DNA from: [Mycobacterium] holstebronense
GTDB taxonomy: Bacteria > Actinomycetota > Actinomycetes > Mycobacteriales > Mycobacteriaceae
Assembly: GCF_963378105.1 (NCBI RefSeq)
Contig: NZ_OY726398.1
Span: 4,459,230 to 4,491,229, forward strand
Length of the DNA stretch: 32,000 nt
Reading direction: 5' to 3'
Shown here: positions 26,401 through 32,000 of the stretch, in pieces
How positions within the stretch are numbered: position 1 is the first letter of the stretch
Layout: every line of letters begins with the position of its first letter
The notes under the pieces: generated by a model
The model's database searches: none
The model's input: only the letters and a program-made list of their open reading frames with translations
What the model was told of the DNA's origin: nothing
Position numbers and translations under genes: made by a program

Positions 26401-29400
26401 TAGCGCTGCCACCGTTAGAGGCAGTGACGGTACCGGCACCGCCCGTCCCGCCAGTGCCACCCGCGCCGCCGTTGAGGGTGTCGCCGCCGCTACCGCCCAC
26501 GCCACCGGTGACGTCAGCGTCGGACACCGTGCCGCCCGTGTTCGCCGTGATGGTGGCAGCACCACCCCTGCCGCCGGCGCCGCCTCCGGCACTTCCGGCA
26601 CCGCCCGCGCCGCCGGCCAGCGTGCTGTTCTCAACTTGACCACCGTCGGCCGTGACCGTCGCCGCACCACCCGCGCCATAACCCGTCTGGCCATCGGCAC
26701 CGACAAGCACGGTATCGGTCACCGTGCCGCCGTTTCTGGTAGTGATCCCGGCCGTTCCGCCAGCACTGCCGGCAGCACCGGCGCCGCCAGTGACGTGACT
26801 ATCCGTGACGTGGTCACTACCAGTGCCCGGGTTGCCGCCGTCACCTCCGACGAAGTTCGTCGCGCGCCCGCCATTGCCGCCATTGACGCCATCAGCACTG
26901 TCGCCGCCACGTCCACCGGTCGCCGAACTGTCGGTGCTGGTGCTGTTAGCCGAATTGGCCTGCACATAGGCCTGGCCGCCATTACCGCCGGTCAGCCCAT
27001 CGCTACCCGTACCGCCATCGCCACCGTTTGATTGACCATCAGTGATTGTGGAGTTCTCGCCCAGTGCCCGGACCCAACCCAACCCACCGTCGCCGCCCTT
27101 GCCGCCCGCACCGACGCCGTCGCCGCCGCTGCCACCGTAGGCTTCGCCGTCAGCCTTGGCACCGTCAGCCAGCGCCGACACCTGACCACCGATGCCGTTG
27201 CCACCGGTGCCACCGGCGAGGCCATCCCCACCCGAGCCACCGACCGCGATACCGGAGGCTTCTGCGCCGGCACCGCCCGCGATGACGGAACCGTTGCGGG
27301 CAATGCCACCGGTACCGCCACCAGTCGCATTACCACCGGCACCGCCAGTCGCAGTGCCAGACGCGGTACCACCATTGCCGCCCAAACCACCGGGCTGCCC
27401 ATCACTCCAAGCCGCCTGAATACCGCCCGTGCCACCGGCACCACCGACACTGCCCGCACCCTCGGCACTGCCACCGACCCCGCCGATCGCCGTGCCGGAG
27501 GCATCGCCGCCGGTCCCGTAGCCCTCCAGACCGGCATACACGGCGCCGCCGCCACCGACACCGCCTACGCCGCCATCGCTACCGGTGCCGCCACTAGCCC
27601 CGGTGGCCGTCGCGTCATGAACGAAGCCGCCCTGCTCAGCGCTCGCATACCCGACACCGCCGGCACCACCCGTGCCGCCGGTCTCGCCAGCACCACCGGT
27701 ACCACCGGCGACAGTGACCTTGTCAACCATGCCACCCGAGTTGGCCTCGACCGTCGCGCTACCACCGACACCACCGGTACCGCCGTTGGCGTCACCGATC
27801 CCGGCATTGCCGCCGGTGGCCGAGCTGTCCGTGACGCTGCTACCGGTCCCGTCAGCGGTGATGACCGCTGCACCACCGGCCGCACTGTCGCTGGCGTTGC
27901 CGCCGGTCGCCAAGACCGTGTCGATCACGGCGCCGTCCGTCGCAGTCACGTTGGCGCTGCCGCCGGCACCGCCCGAACCACCGTTACCACCAGTGACCGT
28001 GGCGTTGATGACCGCGCTGTCCGCGCCGTCAACAGCAATGGCCGCCGCGCCGCCGTCGAAGCCGTCACCGGCGTTGCCACCGGTCACCGTGCTGCCAGCG
28101 ACACTGCCACCGTTGGTGACCAGCAGCGAGGCGCCGCCGCCAAGGGCGTTGTCGCTGTCTTGTCCGCTGGCCACCGTGGTGTTTTCGATGGAGCCGCCGT
28201 CGGTAGCGATCAGCGAGTTGCTGGCGCCGTCGCCGCCGACCACACCGTTGAGACCACCATTGCCGCCGTCGCCGCCGGTGACAGTGCCGTCGGTGATGTC
28301 GCTGCCCAGGCCGTCGGCGTGGATGGTCGCGCCGCCACCAGTACCGCCGTGGCCGCCGGCCGCGGTGGTGCTACCGGCGCCACCGTCGCCGCCCTTACCG
28401 CCGGTCGCAGTACCGGTAGCGGTGCCGCCGTTGGTGCCGCCCACATAGGCACCACCGCCACCACCACCGCCGGCACCGCCGAAGCCGGCATCCGTGCCGG
28501 CGCTCAGGGCGCCGCTGCCGCCGAGGCCACCGGACCCGCCGACCGCGCCGGCGCCGATGCCGGCACCGGTACCGCCGGCACCGCCGTCGCCGCCCTTACC
28601 GGCCGCGCCGCCATTTACAGCCGCACCACCGATGCCACCGGTACCGCCGATACCACCGGCTTGGCCGAGCAGCCCGTCGCTGCCGACACCATCGCCGTCG
28701 CCACCCTTGCCGCCGTTGCCGCCGTCGCTGGTCGCGCCCGACGTGCCAGCCGCACCGCCGGTACCGGCCGTTCCCGCACCCGTACCGGCCGCACCGCCAG
28801 CACCGGCCGCACCACCAGCGGCGCCGTTACCACCGCTACCGCCGGCACCCGCGGTGTCACCGCCACCGCCGCCGGCGCCGTCACCGCCCGCGCCGGCCGT
28901 TCCTGCGTTGCCGCCGCTACCACCGGTACCACCATTGCCGTTGACGACACCACCGCTACCACCGGCACCACCGGCCCCGCCCTGACCACCGGCTCCGGCA
29001 TTGCCACCGTTACCACCGGAGTTGTCGCCGCCGGTGGCGCTGAAGCCTTCGCCGCCGTTACCGCCAGAACCACCGGCACCGCCTTGACCTCCGGTGCCAC
29101 CGACGTTGCCGGTTCCGCCCGCGCCGCCGGTTCCACCGGCGCCACCCGCGCCACCGTGGTCGCCGTTGGGATCCCCGTCGACTCCTGCCAGGCCGTTGAA
29201 GCCCTGACCGCCGATGCCACCGGCACCACCATTGCCGCCGTCACCCTCCGCGGCCCGGGTGAGGCCATCGGTTTGTAGTCCGCCCTGGCCGCCGTTACCG
29301 CCGGCACCACCAGCACCGCCGGCGCCACCGTCGATGTCGAGCGCATCACCGGCAGTGCCAGCGGCACCGTCCTTGCCGTGGCCACCATTGCCACCGACAC

Positions 29401-32000
29401 CGGCGGTGCCATCGGCTGCGTTACCGCCGCCGACCTCTAGGCCACCCTTGCCGGCGTTACCGCCGGTACCACCATCGCCACCGGCCGTACCTGCGGCCGC
29501 ACCGCCATCGCTGGCGGCGTCATACCCGGCGCCGCCGGCACCACCGCTGCCGCCCTTACCGGCCGAGCCATTGCCGCCGCCGGCCGACTGAGCACCGTTA
29601 CCACCAGCCGCGAAACCACCCGCGCCACCGGCACCGGCGTTACCACCGTCGCCACCGTTGCCACCGATACCGCCCGTGGTGTTGACGGCGTCGCCGGCCA
29701 TGCCGACCGCCCCGTTAGCGCCGTCGGTGCCACTACCGCCCTGGCCACCGACACCACCGACGCCGTCGGCGCCGGCGACCGAACCGGTACCGCCGACGCC
29801 GCCGTTACCGCCGACGCCGCCATTGCCACCGGAAGTACCGGCCGCGGCACCCGCTCCGAGCGCGTCATAGCCGGCGCCACCGGCGCCACCCTTGCCGCCG
29901 TCACCGCCAGTGCCCGACGTCGCCCGCGTGGCTCCATCGGCCTGCAGACCACCTAGGCCGCCGTTGCCGCCGTTACCACCCGCGGTGCCAGCGGTGCCGT
30001 TGACGTTGAGGGCGTCGCCGGCAGTGCCCGCGACCCCGTCCTTGCCGTCGCCACCGTTGCCGCCGACGCCGGCCGCGCCGTCCGCGGCCCGGCCGCCACC
30101 GACCTGCAGGCCACCCAGACCGGCGTTACCACCGACACCGCCCTTGCCACCGGCGGTCCCAGCTGCGGCGGCACCATCAGAGGCCGCGTCATACCCGGCA
30201 CCGCCGGCACCGCCGCTGCCGCCCTTACCGGCCACACCGTTGCCGCCCGACGCGGCCTGAACCCCGCCACCGGAGAAACCACCGGCGCCACCAGCACCTG
30301 CGTTACCACCATTGCCACCATTGCCGCCGGCACCACCGTCGGGGTTCAGCGCGCTACCAGCCGTACCGACCGCGCCGTTGGCGCCATCGGTGCCCGAGCC
30401 GCCCTTGCCACCGACACCACCAGCGCCCTGGGTGCCGGCCGTCGAACCCGTACCGGCCACACCACCGTTACCACCGGCGCCGCCGTTGCCACCGGACGTG
30501 CCCGCCGCCGCACCAGCGGCCACCGCGTCATAACCGGCACCACCTACGCCACCGGCACCACCGTTGCCGCCCTTGCCCGCCGCCGCATGGGTGGTCCCAT
30601 CGGCCTGCAGACCACCCTGGCCACCGTTACCACCGTTACCACCGGAGGTGCCGGCCGTGCCGTTGATGCTGCCCGCGGTGCCCGCCGTACCGGCAGCGCC
30701 CGCCTTACCCGAGCCACCATTACCGCCGACACCGGCGGTACCGTCCGCGGCACGACCGCCGCCGACCTGCAGACCACCCTGGCCGGCGTTACCACCGATA
30801 CCGCCGTTGCCACCGGAGGTACCGGCCGCCGCCGCACCATCGGAGGCGGCGTCGTACCCGGCGCCACCGACACCGCCGCTGCCGCCCTTACCGGCCACAC
30901 CGTTCGCGCCACCGGCAGCCTGCGTGCCACCACCGGAGAAGCCACCAGTACCACCGGCACCGGCGTTACCGCCATTGCCACCATTGCCGCCGGCACCACC
31001 GTCGGGGTTCAGCGCGCTACCAGCCGTACCGACCGCGCCGTTGGCGCCATCGGTGCCCGAGCCGCCCTTGCCACCGACACCACCAGCGCCCTGGGTGCCG
31101 GCCGTCGAACCGGTACCGGCCACACCACCATTGCCACCGGCGCCGCCGTTGCCACCGGACGTGCCCGCCGCCGCACCAGCCGTCACCGCGTCATAACCGG
31201 CACCACCTACGCCACCGGCACCGCCATTGCCGCCCTTGCCCGCCGCCGCATGGGTGATGCCATCGGCCTGCAGACCACCCTGGCCGCCATTGCCACCATT
31301 ACCACCGGACGTCCCGGCGGTTCCATTGACGTTGACCGCATCCCCGGCCGTGCCCGCCGTGCCGTTCTTGCCGTGCCCGCCATTGCCACCGAGACCGGCC
31401 GTGCCATTCGCAGCGTTGCCGCCACCGACCTGAGCACCGCCCAGGCCGGCGTTACCACCGACACCACCGTTGCCGCCGGACGTCCCGGCCGCCGCCGCAC
31501 CATCGGCGGCAGCGTCATAGCCGGCACCACCGGCACCACCGCTGCCGCCCTTACCGGCCACACCGTTGCTGCCCGACGCGGCGAAGTTGCCGCCACCGGA
31601 GGCGCCACCGGCACCACCCGCGCCGGCATTGCCACCATTGCCACCGTGCCCACCGGCACCACCATCGGGGCTACCGGCAGTTCCCGCTGTACCGACCGCA
31701 CCAGTGGCGCCATCGGTACCCGAGCCACCATTGCCACCGACACCGCCGACACCGTGCAGACCGGCGACCAGGCCGGTACCGCCGACGCCACCGCTACCGC
31801 CAGCGCCACCGGCGCCGCCATCGGTACCCGGAGCCGCACCGGCGCCGACTGCGTCATAGCCGGCACCGCCCTTGCCGCCCGCGCCGCCGTCGCCGCCGAG
31901 TCCGGTCGCAGCACGCGTGGTGCCATCGGCCTGCAAGCCGCCCAGCCCGCCGTTACCGCCGCGGCCACCCGCCTGACCGGCGGTGCCGTCGACGTCGCTG
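20447..32000 (-). CDS. Giant glycine-rich PGRS-like repeat protein, more than 3,850 aa; 5' end lies outside the window
   Basis: The track ORF 20447-31936 starts at a TTG that is simply an internal Leu of the recurring GGLQADG motif. I translated 31937-31999 in the same frame ([21 protein letters not shown]) and found no stop, so the gene continues upstream. It ends ...GVDAPGVNGANQPGI* at TAG 20447-20449. It is a single uninterrupted frame over 11.55 kb. Confidence 0.85.
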   Translation of the reverse strand, partial: SDVDGTAGQAGGRGGNGGLGGLQADGTTRAATGLGGDGGAGGKGGAGYDAVGAGAAPGTDGGAGGAGGSGGVGGTGLVAGLHGVGGVGGNGGSGTDGATGAVGTAGTAGSPDGGAGGHGGNGGNAGAGGAGGASGGGNFAASGSNGVAGKGGSGGAGGAGYDAAADGAAAAGTSGGNGGVGGNAGLGGAQVGGGNAANGTAGLGGNGGHGKNGTAGTAGDAVNVNGTAGTSGGNGGNGGQGGLQADGITHAAAGKGGNGGAGGVGGAGYDAVTAGAAAGTSGGNGGAGGNGGVAGTGSTAGTQGAGGVGGKGGSGTDGANGAVGTAGSALNPDGGAGGNGGNGGNAGAGGTGGFSGGGTQAAGGANGVAGKGGSGGVGGAGYDAASDGAAAAGTSGGNGGIGGNAGQGGLQVGGGRAADGTAGVGGNGGSGKAGAAGTAGTAGSINGTAGTSGGNGGNGGQGGLQADGTTHAAAGKGGNGGAGGVGGAGYDAVAAGAAAGTSGGNGGAGGNGGVAGTGSTAGTQGAGGVGGKGGSGTDGANGAVGTAGSALNPDGGAGGNGGNGGNAGAGGAGGFSGGGVQAASGGNGVAGKGGSGGAGGAGYDAASDGAAAAGTAGGKGGVGGNAGLGGLQVGGGRAADGAAGVGGNGGDGKDGVAGTAGDALNVNGTAGTAGGNGGNGGLGGLQADGATRATSGTGGDGGKGGAGGAGYDALGAGAAAGTSGGNGGVGGNGGVGGTGSVAGADGVGGVGGQGGSGTDGANGAVGMAGDAVNTTGGIGGNGGDGGNAGAGGAGGFAAGGNGAQSAGGGNGSAGKGGSGGAGGAGYDAASDGGAAAGTAGGDGGTGGNAGKGGLEVGGGNAADGTAGVGGNGGHGKDGAAGTAGDALDIDGGAGGAGGAGGNGGQGGLQTDGLTRAAEGDGGNGGAGGIGGQGFNGLAGVDGDPNGDHGGAGGAGGTGGAGGTGNVGGTGGQGGAGGSGGNGGEGFSATGGDNSGGNGGNAGAGGQGGAGGAGGSGGVVNGNGGTGGSGGNAGTAGAGGDGAGGGGGDTAGAGGSGGNGAAGGAAGAGGAAGTGAGTAGTGGAAGTSGATSDGGNGGKGGDGDGVGSDGLLGQAGGIGGTGGIGGAAVNGGAAGKGGDGGAGGTGAGIGAGAVGGSGGLGGSGALSAGTDAGFGGAGGGGGGGAYVGGTNGGTATGTATGGKGGDGGAGSTTAAGGHGGTGGGATIHADGLGSDITDGTVTGGDGGNGGLNGVVGGDGASNSLIATDGGSIENTTVASGQDSDNALGGGASLLVTNGGSVAGSTVTGGNAGDGFDGGAAAIAVDGADSAVINATVTGGNGGSGGAGGSANVTATDGAVIDTVLATGGNASDSAAGGAAVITADGTGSSVTDSSATGGNAGIGDANGGTGGVGGSATVEANSGGMVDKVTVAGGTGGAGETGGTGGAGGVGYASAEQGGFVHDATATGASGGTGSDGGVGGVGGGGAVYAGLEGYGTGGDASGTAIGGVGGSAEGAGSVGGAGGTGGIQAAWSDGQPGGLGGNGGTASGTATGGAGGNATGGGTGGIARNGSVIAGGAGAEASGIAVGGSGGDGLAGGTGGNGIGGQVSALADGAKADGEAYGGSGGDGVGAGGKGGDGGLGWVRALGENSTITDGQSNGGDGGTGSDGLTGGNGGQAYVQANSANSTSTDSSATGGRGGDSADGVNGGNGGRATNFVGGDGGNPGTGSDHVTDSHVTGGAGAAGSAGGTAGITTRNGGTVTDTVLVGADGQTGYGAGGAATVTADGGQVENSTLAGGAGGAGSAGGGAGGRGGAATITANTGGTVSDADVTGGVGGSGGDTLNGGAGGTGGTGGAGTVTASNGGSATGVATGGVGGDGGAGDAGGAGGNGATGAIGRLTADGGTVHGTATGGAGGDGGDASVDKAGANGVAGGVGEVKASAGGSASGTAIGGAGGTAGVTGNTAGSGGAATISADGAASSVQGGTAIGGAGGNGGDGRGAAGGAATIEARNGGTVTNTDGTTAVGGAGGSSGQGAAGFAGGNGAAGGKATITADGGTASGAASGGVGGGGGNANTGGVGGNGGVGGAGSITATGGTAGGSASGGAGGTGGDASVDKAGSTGGAGAAATVTSADTSTATGTAIGGAGAMGGLTGSSVGAGGAAAISADGNSTVLGGTATGGDGGTGGNGVKGQNGGAAFIEAHNGGTVTSATTATGGNGGSGGEAIGGKAGGAGGLAGNASVIADGGTASGAATGGAGGDGGDATTAFNGGAGGAGADGRITANGGTAGGAATGGRGGDGGEASLVKAGGVGGKGGAATVTASDTSSASGTAIGGAGATGGLATAAAGNGGAATVSADGASTVAGGTATGGAGGVVGNIGATANGGIGGNGGAASIEAHNGGTVTNTVDVNGDDTTSATGGTGGNGGDGFSTNRIGGAGGVGGAATVVADGGTAGGAATGGDGGNGSNATAAANGAAGAAGSTGTISATDGGVISNGIATAGDSVNGVAGGAADVTADGLGSTVAGSSAVGGIAGSGGIGSTGGNATVTAQQGGAVTNGHAIGGDGGSGDANGGIGGAGGAARVMAGGAQTTAEGTARGGDGGAGTAGGKAGAGGNAFVDAGITDAGVIVGNDDHASGNATGGVGGAADGTGSTGGTGGVAIVRAPDGTVGIAGDPDQVHAIGGAGGAGENGGHGGNGNNAYAFVGNGGTVGDANVDTVVQGGAGGAGFDGGTGGNGSYAQVTAGQDGTAYGSATAGNGGTGTGVGSTGGNGGSANIQGAFASGGLGGNGGTAQGVATGGAGGNAVGAGSTGGVGNTGSVVAGGAGAQASGTAHGGNGGDGIDGGTGGRGFTGQVGALNEGATANGTVTAGDGGDGTGAGALGGQGGYTYVQALGKDSSVTGVTATGGDGGAGVPGAAGRVTSDTVIIARGEGDTITNSQVTGGNSAGTQQGPGARITTDGGHVADSSVTAGESTGTTLGGSGGLTVTGGGNVTDAHLTGGNAGTGTGAGGGATVTVTGGTVNGLDVDGGNGGVNGAGGSATATVSSGSSVSNSSVTGGDGGAGGSALGGNASLVATDSSNVDNSHVTGGDGSDSAAGGAANIMAGGTLPSAADNGTADRLGGDVTNVTVTGGNAGVGDGNGGTGGAGGYASVASQLDGSVHDAQAIGGNGGDGFDGGKGGAGGYSELWTIYQTNDHTAHLGGDVTGKALAGVGGDGTGGGSVGGLGGSARIATGSYYQDGGSAAGTIYGGTGGNATADNSGHGGIGGNASGGRIYAAGDGATVDADTVVTGGNGGDGLDGGKGGSYTFYAQVGAFGADAHAGGQATNGNGGDGVGYGSTGGIGGDAQIRADMQSGGGGTVTGTAHGGNGGTGTTESGVGHTGGAGGTGRISSGGYGGSITNGSATGGNGGDSANGVNGGAGGEGRIGHTSNGSDPADAGINIYNSSATGGDGAAGAAGGSGLVQATYGGLISGSRATGTDAGAGVSGGSAAITADGANSTIAGVTAQAGEVGADGGAGNATATASSGGWITESSVTGGSGSATADGGDAAIAATDGAKIHDVEVVGGDGGSAANGGQGGAGGEAVASATGTDSMITTAQALGGEGGTGDNGIGGDGGAGYLVVDNPGGSIGYRGYDAIAQGGRGGDGTDGGTGGKGSWGELESGDASATSAVGGISYGHSTGGAGGNATGANSQGGDGGSSVIQSSKLTNGGLGGGPGGMSSGTSTGGAGGDATGANSQGGDGGKASIVTGGDIGNVADGTSVGGRGGDGIDGGEGGDGGQARLGAYGNDGAGTASTVTDSSSTGGNGGSGTGSGYVGGNGEDTNLVIQYGDQVSGVDAPGVNGANQPGI
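24600..26370 (-). repeat. Three tandem 576-588-bp (about 192-196-codon) coding repeats in the middle of the giant gene
   Basis: CCGTT(G/A)(T/C)GCGCCTC, encoding IEA(H/R)NGG, occurs at 24801, 25389 and 25965. A second marker encoding S(V/L)(D/V)KAG recurs about 575 nt apart near 25080, 25655 and 26230. The outer boundaries are approximate. Confidence 0.8.
29266..32000 (-). repeat. Tandem 663-bp (221-codon) coding repeats at the 5' side of the giant gene
   Basis: The marker CATCGG(C/T)(C/T)TG recurs at 29266, 29935, 30598, 31261 and 31924, giving spacings of 669, 663, 663 and 663 nt. About 180 nt starting at 30341 and at 31004 are nearly identical. The array continues past the window end. Confidence 0.9.

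Noticed and set aside
20435-31968. Many long plus-strand and off-frame ORFs inside the giant gene (for example 783, 758 and 748 aa, plus proline-rich PPAPP ORFs)
   Set aside because: These are complement or shifted readings of GGN-rich codons, which give Pro-, Thr/Ala- or Arg/Val-rich sequence. None persists through the whole region, whereas the glycine frame is open for 11.5 kb.
29266-32000. Regular tandem periodicity that could be mistaken for a CRISPR-like array or a non-coding satellite
   Set aside because: The units are 663 bp long, in frame and contiguous, with no short repeat-spacer structure. They lie inside a continuous ORF.
1-32000. Search for PE or PPE N-terminal domains, transposases, integrases, tRNA or rRNA genes
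   Set aside because: I found no MSF..PE-type or PPE-type N-terminus, no DDE or tyrosine-recombinase-like ORF and no RNA gene signatures by eye. The N-terminus of the giant gene is outside the window and could still be a PE domain.

Overview
High-GC DNA, almost certainly from a slow-growing Mycobacterium; all assignments are from reading the sequence and from memory of M. tuberculosis (Mtb) orthologues, with no searches run. The backbone (8.06-14.44 kb and 19.97-20.38 kb) is colinear with the Mtb cell-wall locus Rv3778c / Rv3779 / bpa (Rv3780, ends in GQYL) / rfbE / glfT1 / rfbD ... Rv3789 (GtrA-like). Four consecutive gene junctions use GTGA start/stop overlaps. Lineage-specific cargo sits around this backbone.

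(1) Two tandem paralogues (676-3081 and 3131-5437, minus strand) encode about 770-800 aa acidic, N-terminally anchored proteins built from a 14/18-residue G-L-G...L..LL repeat that I cannot place in a named family.

(2) Two glycine-rich PGRS-type proteins (1-588 partial; 17105-19609) start with a closely related cleavable signal peptide instead of a PE domain.

(3) A 5.5 kb island between rfbD and the gtrA-like gene holds two unrelated VapBC modules flanking a gutted enolase-superfamily pseudogene. It also holds a small membrane protein that resembles the N-terminal domain of the GLG-repeat proteins, and one of the leader-PGRS genes.

(4) One uninterrupted glycine-rich ORF of more than 3,850 codons (20447 to beyond 32000, minus strand; N-terminus outside the window) lies where Mtb has dprE1 directly after Rv3789. 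It has hierarchical repeats: exact 663-bp tandem units, 576-588-bp units, and an internal duplication offset by 3,738 bp.

An orphan fatty-acyl-AMP ligase lies at 5889-7775. No rRNA, tRNA, CRISPR array, transposase or integrase was recognised. Most long ORFs in the supplied track that run opposite to or out of frame with these genes are GC-driven shadow frames.
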